From: Spirochaetia bacterium
GTDB lineage: Bacteria > Spirochaetota > Spirochaetia > SZUA-6 > Bin103
Length of the DNA stretch: 64,000 nucleotides
Direction of reading: 5' to 3'
Assembly (NCBI GenBank): GCA_965208575.1
Contig: CBDBOV010000006.1
Location: 1,120,001-1,184,000 of the forward strand
Notes under the pieces: model-generated
Seen by the model: the letters and a program-made list of their open reading frames with translations, nothing else
The model's database searches: none
Told to the model about the DNA's origin: nothing
Shown: positions 40,501 to 48,811 of the stretch, piece by piece
Layout of the letters: every line of letters starts with the position of its first letter
How positions within the stretch are numbered: the stretch's first letter is position 1
Program-made: the position numbers and the translations under genes

Positions 40501-41489
40501 CCCAGCACCTGCAGGGTGCGCGGCGCGGTCGGGGCGCCGTAGGGCGTCGCGGAGGTCACCTCGGTCACCGTGAACGTGGCCTCGGTGCCGGGGTCGAGAC
40601 GGTAGAGCGTGTCGACCTCGATCCGGTACTTCCGGCCGGCGGTGAGGCCGGTGATGTCGTAGGAGGTGGCGGTCCTCGCCAACCGCGCCGTGCCGGCGCG
40701 CGGGGCGCTGCCCTCGGCCCAGGACACCACGTAGTAATGGAGGATCTTGGACCCGGTGGGCCGGCTCCAGGTGACCCGCAGGGTGTTGGCGGCCCCGCGC
40801 ACGGCGGACAGGTTGACCACCTCCATGTCGGCGCGCGGGGTCGGGATGTTGATGTAGGCGTCGTCGCGCGGGCTGGTGTACGGCAGGTTGGCCAGCGCCG
40901 CGCCGGTCCCGGACCGGAACGGCCCCTCGCCGACGGCGTTCACCGCGGTCACGCCGACCCCGTACTCGATGCCGTTGGTCAGCCCGGTCACGAAGTGGAC
41001 GTGCACGCCGGTGCCGGACGCCGCCACGTCCGCCGACTGCACGGTGCCGGCGTACTTGCCGGTCTGGTACCAGTACACGCGGTAGGTGGTGACCGCGCTG
41101 CCGCCGTCGCTGGCCGGTGGGCGCCAGCTCACCTCCAGCTTCCCCGGATGGGAGACCACCCACTTGCGCTGATACTGATGGTCACCCGGGGCATAGCGGT
41201 CGTTGTGCCGCGTGCCGAAGCCCACCTGCCCCGGCGCCGTCGGCTCGCTCGGGGTCTGCGCATGAGCGGCGGCGACGGCGAGCCAGGCGACCAGCGCCAG
41301 CATGCCGGCGCGCGCACACGTACCGGCGGCGCGCGACCGTACCTGCCGCCGCCGGCGGGCGGGTGACGAAATTCGCCCGCCGCGGCAAAGCCGGTGACGA
41401 GCGTTGTTCTTCGGCGCGTGCCCGCTCTGTTGTCGGTCAGCAGGCCGCGGCGCTCGTGCGCGCGGCGCCGCGGCGTCCGGCTCCATCAC
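16539..41489 (-). CDS. Giant repetitive adhesin (~8,300 aa): FN3/PKD/Ig tip, ~50 cadherin-like repeats, CADG, Calx-beta, autotransporter-like barrel; probable start ATG 41303
   Basis: Uninterrupted 24.9-kb ORF; signal-like MLALVAWLAVAAAHA; FN3 (VSWRPPASDGGSAVTTY); STAEDT...FTP..NWNG..FTFKV.D...NDAP repeats; C-terminal EIRLRY. Confidence 0.92.
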   Translation of the reverse strand: MMEPDAAAPRARAPRPADRQQSGHAPKNNARHRLCRGGRISSPARRRRQVRSRAAGTCARAGMLALVAWLAVAAAHAQTPSEPTAPGQVGFGTRHNDRYAPGDHQYQRKWVVSHPGKLEVSWRPPASDGGSAVTTYRVYWYQTGKYAGTVQSADVAASGTGVHVHFVTGLTNGIEYGVGVTAVNAVGEGPFRSGTGAALANLPYTSPRDDAYINIPTPRADMEVVNLSAVRGAANTLRVTWSRPTGSKILHYYVVSWAEGSAPRAGTARLARTATSYDITGLTAGRKYRIEVDTLYRLDPGTEATFTVTEVTSATPYGAPTAPRTLQVLGNDRSLAVSWAAPAGAGGAPVTGYRLAWSGAGASGSTDLAATARAHTIPNLTNERAYTVTLTASNGFYRGPAASGGDTPFLNSAPTFGTATVPAQTRVASVPGAPSLTLPAATGGNYGLTYRLSPSVTGLTFDPKTRVLSGTAASPGQHQMTYRVDDGDRFDTDADADTLTFTLTVNANSAPTAAPIAKSTYEDMPVTFATSDFTGAFSDPDAGDSLSRVVIAPPLNGGRLTLGGAAVTSLRLVEPHDLDTLVFTPKVDYSGTDSFVFNLIDQPGASAQGTATITVHANDPPLAAASTAPYGTVKAGHTVTLTNSSRDTDGDTMTWHWEQTAGTAVTLSDATAESPTFTAPNRVERLTFRLTATDEHGASATATASLDVVRPPAAPATLTAGSGDGTVTLRWTAGAANGAPIASWWYRYSSDGGTKWSAWSQGGAGAHVYRQVVSGLRNGATYTFAVRARTAGGDGAARTVTVSLAAAPNKNAPVARATWGYRKRYNEHGKLIQTNLYLDGRASTDEETPLDHLRFRWTQVRDPVTRHHQPRWPDSSTPYLWPEPSYPVDLLYKLTVTDRGGLTGTTYLPVKIRYPASRPSLGLTRNISLGLQAGQTLSRVLPAATGGDGTLTYTLTPAAAGVMSFSAATRTVTFTPKAAGTWNFLYKVTDRDSDADTIRVSLRAAAASTPRFAAGVSIRNLRLLTGRDYGPVTSARPLPPLPTATGGDGDLTYTLTPAVPGLSFDARTHRITGTPTTAGSYAMTYRAVDSDADASAGDSATLSFTINVVANSPPVALFAGKTVDVSVKIPGSKWGKSSTYPYGVDLRGYFYDADGDVLNFVATEVHTGLTLARCTGYRYAHCLFPITEGAKPIRIFAVDTSGARTAQDFRITGLPANRAPVANSKADRDQGLLKGYAKVYGDLRDHGAIGRCGRSLRRYPMAYYFYDPDADPLTYSVHSSDSRVAAHVYVSPLRRFRLNHVTSPALNVYDVERAPHLTVDPGPAAGENWNVTITVTATDPRGLKASLDIPLRVYNVAPEGSGCDAKPPPTFRGASFPDQSWPKGKAIIPLVLPEAHYRHTLTYTLTPAVPGLTFDAATRTLSGTPTTVAAATAMTYTATASPGLLAVSGFNVTITDAEVGANAPTSAPLSVTIDEDTSHTFAAGQFTFSDADPDEQLHQLRIETLPAHGTLLLNGAEQSAGATIARADLSALQYRPTADWYGITSFTFKVLDTTLRASTQAYAATVTVRPVDDAPTTADFARTVAEDTALTLTSADFAFSDLDGHTRKAVVIASLPAAAAGTLTLDGTAVTAGQTIAAPSGSIDGKLRFTPAANWNGTATFLFGVEDSSGAASLASSTATVRVTAVNDAPETADLGHSMDEDTTLTLTLADFTFDDVDADDRLKSIVIRRAPRSGTPPQSAGTLTSFHGSVARVMDGDDLLPAAGLTRLVYQPDRDFAGEVTFTFQVEDQAGYVSEVATGTVQVAPVADPPASAAFTVAGDEDVTVTVAADNFVFRDPDPGDSLKAVVVVTPPDAKHGALAAKGDAVKAGGVIAAADLGSVTFTPVADWFGNARFTFRVVDQSDARSAAAYAATIAVAGKNDAPTAEDLTRKWVPGLDFQDLFEAAFADPDPGDRLRAMVLAGKPSSGGLWRADKAQPVGAVIAAAELSDLEFRPTDGIYRASIDYRVQDLAKAASAKAYTLALWWNTPPTAQPLARTTREDAPLPLAPADFDGVFADAEAGDRLTAVVVAVLPPAAQGALTLDGEAVAAGQVIDRTRLVGLVFTPVADWNGETKFEFRVRDRESAQSAAATATVTVTAAADAPVAGVLAVSTPEDTALEFTGADFDGVFSDVDPDDSLKAVRVVTLPAGTAGVLALDGKAVSANDLITHDDLADLVFTPVANWHGQASFTFKVVDQSDRESAAAAAQVTVTSVADAPVAGALAVSMAEDTVRAFTAAEFKDRFSDGDGDRLKAVRVDSLPDAGHGTLALQQQQPGDADPKPGEGGVGPVAAPTRAVTVNEVIALADLGALRFTPVQDWNGAASFTFRVVDQTDAVSAAATATITVTGVGDAPAASALNVSTAEDRPLTFTAADFDGGFSDPDPDDGLAAVRVVSLPAAAGGELALDGTAVTANRKIVRADLGSLTFTPAVNWHGDVSFTFRVVDKAGTESAAAATATVTVTAVADPPAAAPLNKSTAEDTALAFAAADFTAVFSDVDAGDSLKSIKVVSLPRAAHGELALVAAVNAERKPGDGESGGDRPVARQSRPVTVNQVLARGELAALTFTPAAHFAGAAAFEFQVLDQSGTASATATATIAVTAVADPPAAAALAVSTAEDTVLAFTAAHFEDVFSDPDGDRLKQVQVVSLPDAGHGTLALAGTAVTANRKIDHADLGDLTFTPVANWSGAATFDFKVVDRTDAESANATATVTVSAVNDAPAAGTFARSTAEDTALAFTAGDFASVFTDADTGDSLKAVRVASLPDAGHGALALSGSAVTANQVVAQADLGSLAFAPAADWNGDASFTFKVVDQSDAESASATATITVTAVADAPVAGALNVSTAEDTALRFAASDFEGVFTDPDGDSLKAVMVASLPDAGHGALALSGSAVTANQVIAPAGLGSLVFTPVADWNGDASFTFKVVDQSDAESASATATITVTAVADAPVAGALNVSTAEDTALRFAASDFAGVFTDPDGGSLKAVMVVSLPAAAHGALALSGSAVAANQVVAQADLGSLAFTPAADWNGDASFTFKAVDPSDAESAAATATITVTAVADAPAAGALNVSTAEDTALAFAASDFAGVFTDADGDSLKAVRVASLPDAGHGALALSGSAVAANQVIAQGDLGSLVFTPAADWNGEASFTFKVVDRTDAESAAATATITVTAVADAPVAGALNVSTAEDTALAFAASDFTGVFTDADAGDSLKAVMVVSLPAAAQGALKLNGAGVSANQVIALSKLGTLTFEPEANVTGAVPFTFQVLDQSATASATAGATITVTAVNDAPVAAALRKSTAEDTALTFAASDFEGVFTDADAGDSLKAVKVVTLPDGTHGALAVSGSAVTADRNIAHADLGSLTFTPAANWNGQATFTFKVVDQADSESWAASAAVTVTAVADAPVAAALRKSTAEDTVLRFAASDFTGVFTDADAGDVLKSVKVVTLPAAAQGALALDGTAVTAGDVIETKFDDLTFTPAADYAGKATFGFQVSDPGGRFSATATATITIESANDAPAASPLARSTAEDTALTFTAADFDGVFSDPDAGDSLKSVKVISLPAAAEGALALNGTAVTAGEVIARGDLGTLTLTPAANFAGAARFDFAVVDQQHEESQTATATVTVTAVADPPVASALGMSTAEDTALTFTAADFDGVFSDPDAGDSLKAVKVVSLPAAAEGALALNGTAVKAGEVIARGDLETLAFTPVAHFTGAATFTFQVRDQSDRFSATAKATVTVGSANDAPTAAALRVSTSEDTALTFTAADFDGVFSDQDTGDRLQAVRVVTLPAASAGELALNGTAVTAGTVIARGDLGTLTFTPAAHWSGQASFTFKVTDQSDAESAAATATITVSAANDTPAAGALGVSTAEDTALTFTAAQFEGVFTDADTGDRLKAVRVVTLPAAAHGMLALNGTAVTANGKVVKADLGSLTFTPVANWHGAASFTFKVADQSDAESAAATATITVSAANDAPAAGVLGVSTAEDTALTFTAAQFEGVFTDADTGDRLKAVRVVTLPAGAAGALALNGTAVTVNRKIAQADLGTLTFTPVANWHGAATFTFKVVDRADAESAAATATVTVTAVADAPVASALGVSTAEDTALAFTAAPFEGVFTDADTGDSLKAVKVVTLPAAGHGALALSGTAVTANDLIVHGSLGALTFTPAANYAGAASFTFKVADQSDAESAAATATVTVTAVVDAPAAGALHVSTAEDTALAFTAAQFAGVFSDPDTGDRLKAVRVVTLPAGTAGALALNGSAVTANDLIARGNLGTLTFTPVANWNGRASFAFKVADQSDAESAAATATVTVTAVADAPVAGALRVSTAEDKALTFTASDFDGVFSDPDVGDSLKAVKVVNLPAAARGALTLNGAAVGAGDLIARGNLGTLKFAPAEKFTGAATFNFQVRDESGLLSGTATATVTVGSTNDAPEAGALKVSTAEDTALTFTAANFEGVFTDKDSGDSLKSVKVVTLPAGTAGALALDGNAVTTNQVVAHGSLGRLTFTPVGNWHGKASFTFKVVDKSDAESAIATATVTVSAVNDAPAAGALGVSTAEDAVLTFAAAQFDGVFSDPDTGDRLQAVRVVTLPAATAGALTLGDSAVTANDLIARGSLGTLTFTPVESWNGQASFTFKVADQSGAESAAAAATVTVSAANDAPAAGALEVSTAEDTALTFAAAQFDGVFTDADANDSLKAVRVVTLPASTAGALTLGDSAVTANRKIARGSLGTLKFTPVEHWNGAASFTFKVADQSDAESAAATATITVSAANDAPAAGALEVSTAEDTALTFAAAQFDGVFTDPDASDSLKAVRVVTLPAGTAGALALNGSAVTANQKIARGDLGSLTFTPVGNWNGAASFMFKVADQSNAESASATATITVSAANDAPVAGALEVSTSEDTALTFTAAQFAGVFSDADTGDSLKAVRVATLPAATAGALALNGTAVTANRRIVKGDLGSLTFTPVGNWNGAASFTFKVADQSNAESAAATATVTVSAVNDAPVAGALEVSTTEDTALTFTAAQFAGVFSDADTGDSLKAVRVATLPAATAGALALNGTAVTANRRIVKGDLGSLTFTPVGNWNGAASFTFKVADQSNAESAAATATVTVSAVNDAPVAGALEVSTTEDTALTFTAAQFAGVFSDADTGDSLKAVRVVTLPAATAGALALNGTAVRANRRIVKGDLGSLTFTPVGNWNGAASFTFKVADQSNAESASATATVTVSAANDAPVAGALEVSTTEDTALEFTAAHFAGVFSDADTGDSLKAVRVVTLPAATAGALALNGTAVTANQKMAHGSLGTLTFTPAANYAGAASFTFKVVDQSDAESAAATTATVTVSAAGDAPAAGALGVSTAEDTALTFTAAQFAGVFSDPDADDSLKSVKVVTLPAAAHGVLALSGTAVTANRKIVKGDLGSLTFTPVANWHGAASFTFKVADQSDAESAAAEATVTVSAVNDAPAAGALGVSTAEDTALTFTAAQFAGVFTDADTGDSLKAVRVVTLPAATAGALALNGTAVTANRKIVKGDLGSLTFTPVANWHGAASFTFKVVDQSGAESAAASARVTVTAVADAPAAGTLGVSTAEDTALSFTAANFTGVFSDPDAGDSLKAVRVVTLPAAAHGVLALNGTAVTANRKVVKGDLGNLTFTPVANWHGAASFTFKVADQSDADSATATATITVSAVADAPAAGALRVRTAEDTALTFTAAQFAGVFTDADPGDSLKAVRVVTLPAAAHGALALNGTAVTANRKIAKAGLGNLTFTPAANWHGDASFTFKVADQSDAESATATATVTVTAVADAPAAGALHVSTAEDTALTFTAAQFAGVFTDADPGDSLKAVRVVTLPAATAGALSLSGTAVTANRKIAKADLGSLKFTPVANYAGQASFTFKVVDQSDTESAAAAATVTVSAANDAPAASALHVSTAEDTALTFTAAHFDGVFTDTDAGDRLKSVKVVTLPASTAGALTLGGGAVAANQVIARGSLGTLKFAPAANWHGAASFTFKVADRSDAESAVATATVTVTAVADAPAAGALRVSTAEDTALTFQAAHFEGVFTDGDTGDSLKAVRVVTLPAAAAGALALNGTAVTANRTIAKADLGKLTFTPAANWHGAASFTFKVADRSDAESAAATATVTVSAVADAPAAGALRVSTAEDTALTFTAAHFEGVFTDGDTGDSLKAVRVVTLPAAAHGALALNGTAVAANRTIAQADLGTLTFTPVANYAGQASFTFKVADQSDAESAAATATVTVSAVADAPAAGALRVSTAEDTALTFTAAHFTGVFSDPDAGDSLKSVKVVTLPAAAHGALALSGTAVTANRKLAKADLGTLTFTPVANWHGQATFTFKMADQSDAESAAATATVTVSAVADAPTAAALGVSTAEDTALTFTAAQFAGVFTDADTGDSLKAVRVVTLPAAAAGALALNGTAVTANRKIVKTDLGSLTFTPVANYAGDAAFTFKVVDQSDAESAAAATATVTVGAANDAPAASALNVSTAEDTALTFTAAHFEGVFSDPDTGDSLKEVKVVTLPAATAGTLALSGTAVTANRKIVKGDLGSLTFTPVGNWNGQATFTFKVADQSDAESAAATATITVSAVADAPAAGALNVSTAEDTALTFTAAQFTGVFSDADPGDSLKAVKVVTLPAATQGTLTLAGTGVGANQVIANADLGSLKFAPAANYAGTATFGFQVSDGTDRLSGTATATITVSAVADAPAAGALNVSTAEDTALTFTAAQFTGVFSDADPGDSLKAVQVVTLPAAAHGALAVSGTAVSANRNVAHADLGKLTFTPAADWNGDASFTFKVVDQSDAASGAATATVTVSAVADAPAAAALGVSTAEDTALTFTAAHFEGVFSDADPGDRLKAVQVVSLPDAGHGALALNGTAVTANQSVAHADLGTLTFTPAADWNGKAAFTFKLVDQSDAASAAATATVTVTAMADRPGVRPPQLKEEDPGDPPTPADPDAALLTVSTAEDTALTFTAAQFEALFSDPDENDRLKAVRVVTLPSAAHGALALNGTAVTANQSVAHADLGSLTFTPVANWHGDAAFTFKLVDQSDAASGAAAATITVTAVNDAPTATALRLSTAPHVTLTFSASNFEGVFSDVDTGDSLKSVKVVTLPAAAQGTLALSATAVTASQVIAHGDLGSLKFTPAVAFTSSATFTFQVLDQSSAASATATATITATDPNDVPVAPGQIPEQWATQGVAYRYKAPSDLFTDPDGDPLVWSAVVRNVGGQGIEEPGGDLPRANGLLRAYSRSDGGSGAGGDGGADSDSDSGALPGWLTFSGTLHTFDGIPAATDVGITRIRVTATDPEGAFAYAEFNLNVLPPVQVSVSGPAAPVAEGSAALFTVALSRAAPADVTVRWATADGTGDDAATAGSDYTAQAATDVTIAEGQTERVVSVATLTDGEDEDAETFSVQLSAAAGGLPAGVELGTSSAAATIANAPPAPAPKSPSAPGSSPAPGSPPGTPGSPPRSTPYDSQDDRTPRVSLVTPATVREGETSVIAIVLSRPVAHAFTVRWATADGTASAVGGDYQRRAAAVTFTAGATHRTVRVETYADYLEEGTETFLLSLSAPRPLPDGVVLGRTRVTAAIEDNRRPVADAGPDQEVDPGAVVTLDGTSSHDPDDDPITSYAWAQTAGIEVALDDASSAAPTFTAPELPGELTFELVVHAGGLDSLPDEVTVTVRDVAPRFLETVADQTFTAEQKIEPVTLPAATGGNGPLSYELSSKPAGLAGLQFDPATRVLSGTPERGGRLTFTYVAHDADDNRELSDAAVLTFEVTVRDAPYRRILRPVLAAIGRATLYEARAVIGSRFKPAPAGRDAGSLTVAGRQAALGAAARPASDGAQPAEAAPGAWRVADWEREVGPVSSPSTVAELLSDSAFEVPLTAPARPEVDSAAAPGASDTVPYWTLWGRAHRHGFSGEPEPGASYEGDLNTAWVGLEAAAADTTWLAGVAVARTLHGSAEYAVEGGDEPGERGRVGVAVTGMYSYGWYRPSAGAEYSVVLGGGQGEAVHERDGAPSETSAVTLLLGSVGARHGLHALDGRLEVALRGDAGFAHLRTGNGDQALDELTANAVNMRIGVEAAVPLPLGSAQLRPFLEVAGRYDDGDDVTGFGAEVAGGVRLAAERVELEARGRVLAVHTAAGHREHGASVTARLTADSNGHGLSAELSPRWGAPAAAGDVLWQDYLPAPAAGAAEQPASLDGRVGYGVALPGSGGVLTPFAEVGLSDGEAQRVRVGARFNLDRTAGRGLAVELSGERRDTADAPDYQMILEIRLRY
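19830..37110 (-). repeat. Array of roughly 50 x ~342-bp (114-aa) cadherin-like repeats
   Basis: Period of 342 bp measured at 25681/26023/26365/26707; the count is span divided by period. Confidence 0.9.
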
Positions 41490-41500
41490 TCCGGGCTATA

Positions 41501-41516
41501 TGCAAAAACCGGGCCA
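41501..41516 (-). promoter_or_regulatory. Sigma54 (-24/-12) promoter of the giant adhesin
   Basis: Minus strand TGGCCCGGTTTTTGCA has exact GG-N10-GC spacing; an AT-rich IHF-like tract (41527-41560) lies immediately upstream. Confidence 0.75.
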
Positions 41517-41687
41517 GGCTTCTGCCAATCAGGTCAACTTGTTTTTCAGAAAAGAATTAGAGTGACCTTGAGCCGTTCTCTCCGGGCCGCGGACGAGTGG
41601 CGCATCTCGCCACTCAAGCCCGGCCCATGCCGGTCTGGTGCGAATAACTCGTGGCGGGTGAGTTGGTTATGAGCAGGGGCCACGAGC

Positions 41688-41723
41688 TGTCGCGATGTGC
41701 GTCACGAGACGCAATCTGCAACA
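41688..41723. promoter_or_regulatory. Tandem 17-bp imperfect palindromes, candidate enhancer (UAS)
   Basis: TGTCGCGATGTGCGTCA and AGACGCAATCTGCAACA; a matching site lies at 43983. Confidence 0.55.
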
Positions 41724-41814
41724 GTCAGGCGGCGACGGCGGGCCGGGCTGCGAACCGACGCATCCGGCGGCGACCGCGACGCGGACTCGGCTCGCCGGGG
41801 CGAGCGGATCCGAT

Positions 41815-43836
<2,022 letters not shown>

Positions 43837-43888
43837 TCGCTGTCCTCCCGCGTCATTGCTCGGTGGTTCGACTCCCCGCGCACAATCG

Positions 43889-43905
43889 AGCAACAGCCGT
43901 GCCAA
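43889..43905 (-). promoter_or_regulatory. Consensus sigma54 promoter of regulator copy 1
   Basis: Minus strand TTGGCACGGCTGTTGCT matches YTGGCACG-N4-TTGCW. Confidence 0.85.
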
Positions 43906-43982
43906 CTACCGCGACGCCTCGCAAAGTGCTGACGGGCAGGAAATTAAGACGGTTCGAGCGGTGCCGGCGCGGTCGCGGCGAG

Positions 43983-43999
43983 CGACGCATCATGCGACT
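43983..43999. promoter_or_regulatory. 17-bp imperfect palindrome, candidate UAS
   Basis: CGACGCATCATGCGACT, about 80-95 bp upstream of the sigma54 promoter. Confidence 0.55.
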
Positions 44000-44237
44000 C
44001 GCGCCTCCCGTCCGGCCCGGCGGCAACCAGCTATTTCATTACCCATACAAGAGTTGCGAACACGGTCACGGGCTCTTGTCGCAGTCTGCGCCAGGCGGCG
44101 CAAAGCGCGCCACGCGCGCGCGGGCGACCGACCGCCGAGCGCCGGCCGGATCGCGCGGCGACCGGGCTTCCACGCGCCGGACCCGCCGTCTCGACCGGCG
44201 GCGCAGCGTGGACCGGCGTGGACCGGCGGCGCGGCGC

Positions 44238-44267
44238 TTGCCGTTGCCCGCGCGCGGCGGGTATGCT
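44238..44267 (+). promoter_or_regulatory. Putative sigma70 promoter of the hybrid kinase
   Basis: TTGCCG-N18-TATGCT. Confidence 0.5.
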
Positions 44268-44287
44268 CGGGCGGCGCGCTTCGCCCC

Positions 44288-46669
44288 ATGGCTACCGGCA
44301 ACGACATTCCGCCATCCGTGCGCATGCCCGGTAGAGGGCGGCCGTCGCCTGGCGCCCACGCGGATCCGCCCGTGCCGGGCGCCCGGCCGCCGGTGCACGC
44401 GGCGCCCGGGCCGCGCATCCTGATCGCGGCCGAAGATGCCGAGATTGCCCGCCTCGAGGCGCTGCTCATCGAGTTCGGCTGCGTGGTGACGGCCGCGGCG
44501 CGCTCGGGCCGCGAGGCGCTGGCCGCGCTGCAGGCGCGCGCCGACGGCGACCCGCCGCCCGCCGAACTGGCGTTGATCGATCCGGCGCTCGGCGGCGAGG
44601 TTTCGGGCGTTGCCGCCGCCCGCCGGCTGCGCCGCTTCGGCATCCCGGTGATCTACGTCACCGACGGCGACCTGCCGGCGCGCACCGCCCGCGCCGCCCG
44701 CGCCGCCGAACCGGCCGCCTACGTGCCGCGCCCGGTGGCGCCGTGGCACCTGCGTGCGACCATCGACACCGCCCTGGCGCAGCACCGCCGCGAAACCAAG
44801 CTGGCCGAGCGTGCGCGCCTGCTCGCCCGCGAACGCGGTGCGCTCCGGCGGCGCGTCACGACGCTCCAGGATCGGAGCGCGCACACCGAGGCCGAGTTGC
44901 GCGACCAGGTGGAGGCATTCAGGAGCCAGTCCACGCTGCTGCGCGCGGTGGTGGACAGCATGGGCGATGGACTGATCGTGGCCGACCGCGAAGGCAGGTA
45001 CCTGCTCACCAATCCGGAGATGGAGCGCCTGGTCGGCATGTACCGGCCCGGCGCCGACCTGTCGCGGCGGTCGCAGACCTACGGCCTGTACTATCCCGAC
45101 GGGAAGACCCTGATTCCCTCGGAGCGGCTGCCGCTGACGCGCGCCCTGAGCCACGGCGAGTCGACGGACAACTTCGACGTGTTGATCCGCAATGCCGGAC
45201 ACCCGAACGGGATCCGGGTGAGCATCAACGGGCGGCCGCTGTACGACGCGGACGGCGCCTTGCAGGGTGGCGTGATCGTGTTCCGCGACGTGACCCGCAT
45301 CAGGGAAACGGAGCGCGAGGTGGTAGAGTCCGCGCACCGCATGGCGGAGCAGAGCCGCGCCATGCAGACCGTGGTCGACAGCATCAGCGACGGCGTGGTG
45401 GCCGCCGATACGGCCGGCAGGCTCACCCTGTTCAACCCGAGCGCGGAACGCATTCTGGGTCTGGGAAAGATCGATACGCCGCCCGAGCGCCGGGCCGAAC
45501 GGTACGGCGTCTACTACCCTGATGGGGCGACGCCGGTGGCGGCGGACGATCTGCCGCTGACGCGCGCCACGCGCGGCGAGTCTTCGGACGGCGAGGAGTT
45601 CTTCGTACGCAATCCGCGCGTTCCGGACGGCGTCTTCGTCAGCGTCAGCGGCCGGCCGCTGCGCGACGGCGCCGGCGCGCTGGTCGGCGGCGTGGTGGTG
45701 TTGCGCGACGTGACCGAGCAGGTCCGGGCGCACCAGACGCTGATGCAGGCGTTCGCGCAGGGGCGGCTGGAAGTGGTCGACACCATCGTCCACAACATCG
45801 GCAACGCGATCAACAGCGTGGCGATCGGCGTCGGTACCATCCAGCACGAGTTGGAACGGAACCGCGAACTGCGCCGCTTCCAGGCGCTCGCGCACGCTCT
45901 CGAGCAGCACCGCGACGACTGGCTCGCATACCTGCGGACCGATCCGCAGGGGCGGCAGGTGGTGCCGTTCATCCTCGCGCTCGCCACCGACTTCGAGGCC
46001 CGCAATCGGCGCTTGACCGACACGGTGGAGCGCGTGCGCGGCCGCGTCGCGCACATCGTCGACCTGATCAGAACGCAGAAGTCGTTCGACCGCCAGAGCA
46101 TGACGAGCAAGCTGATCGACCTGCGCCAGTCGATCGTCGATGCGACCAAGGTCCTGGCCGAGTCGTGCGCGGTGCGCGGCATCGACGTGGAGATCGACTG
46201 CGCGCACGCTCCCCGTGAATTGTGGATCCAGGAGAACAGGTTCCACCAGATGCTCGTCAACCTGATGAAGAACGCCATCGAAGCGATCGACGCGCTGTCC
46301 GCGGCCGGCCGCGGCGCGGCGGGGCGCGACCGGCCCCGCATCCGCATCGCCTGCTACCCGCGGGACGAATTCCTGGTGATCGACGTGATCGACAACGGGA
46401 TCGGCATGGGCGAACAGCGCCACCGGCTGATCTTTACCGCCGGCTACACCACCAAGGAGAGCGGCAGCGGACTCGGGCTGCACTCGGCGGCCAACTTCGT
46501 GATCGGCTCCGGCGGCCGCATCCAGGCAATGAGCGACGGCCACGGGACGGGAACCACGATCCGGGTAATGCTGCGCCGGACGGCGCCGTCCGCACGGCGG
46601 GCCGCGGCGAAACAGGCCGCGGCTTCCGCGCCGACAGGCCACTGGTTGGCGCCCTCGTCCTCCGGTTGA
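44288..46669 (+). CDS. Cytoplasmic hybrid histidine kinase (atypical REC-PAS-PAS-HK)
   Basis: Degenerate receiver; two PAS domains (DSMGDGLIVAD, DSISDGVVAAD); HNIGNAINS, NLMKNAIEA, DNGIG and GSGLGL. Confidence 0.9.
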   Translation: MATGNDIPPSVRMPGRGRPSPGAHADPPVPGARPPVHAAPGPRILIAAEDAEIARLEALLIEFGCVVTAAARSGREALAALQARADGDPPPAELALIDPALGGEVSGVAAARRLRRFGIPVIYVTDGDLPARTARAARAAEPAAYVPRPVAPWHLRATIDTALAQHRRETKLAERARLLARERGALRRRVTTLQDRSAHTEAELRDQVEAFRSQSTLLRAVVDSMGDGLIVADREGRYLLTNPEMERLVGMYRPGADLSRRSQTYGLYYPDGKTLIPSERLPLTRALSHGESTDNFDVLIRNAGHPNGIRVSINGRPLYDADGALQGGVIVFRDVTRIRETEREVVESAHRMAEQSRAMQTVVDSISDGVVAADTAGRLTLFNPSAERILGLGKIDTPPERRAERYGVYYPDGATPVAADDLPLTRATRGESSDGEEFFVRNPRVPDGVFVSVSGRPLRDGAGALVGGVVVLRDVTEQVRAHQTLMQAFAQGRLEVVDTIVHNIGNAINSVAIGVGTIQHELERNRELRRFQALAHALEQHRDDWLAYLRTDPQGRQVVPFILALATDFEARNRRLTDTVERVRGRVAHIVDLIRTQKSFDRQSMTSKLIDLRQSIVDATKVLAESCAVRGIDVEIDCAHAPRELWIQENRFHQMLVNLMKNAIEAIDALSAAGRGAAGRDRPRIRIACYPRDEFLVIDVIDNGIGMGEQRHRLIFTAGYTTKESGSGLGLHSAANFVIGSGGRIQAMSDGHGTGTTIRVMLRRTAPSARRAAAKQAAASAPTGHWLAPSSSG

Positions 46670-46678
46670 CCCGCCGAT

Positions 46679-48661
<1,983 letters not shown>

Positions 48662-48811
48662 ATGATAATCATTCCGGCAACGGTTTTCGTCGCAAGAAGG
48701 GGTGATAACACCAAAGAACTACTTATTTCATTCTATAAGTGATGCGATGTTTACTATTATGCTTCCGGGTCCACCGTCGGGTACGCGGGCAGCGCAGCGC
48801 TCAGGCGCGGG

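Noticed and set aside
18096-41366. Very long plus-strand ORFs (1950, 2812, 1493, 1274 aa and others)
   Set aside because: They are antisense shadows of the GC-rich repetitive adhesin, with Arg/His-rich or mirror composition and no domain motifs.
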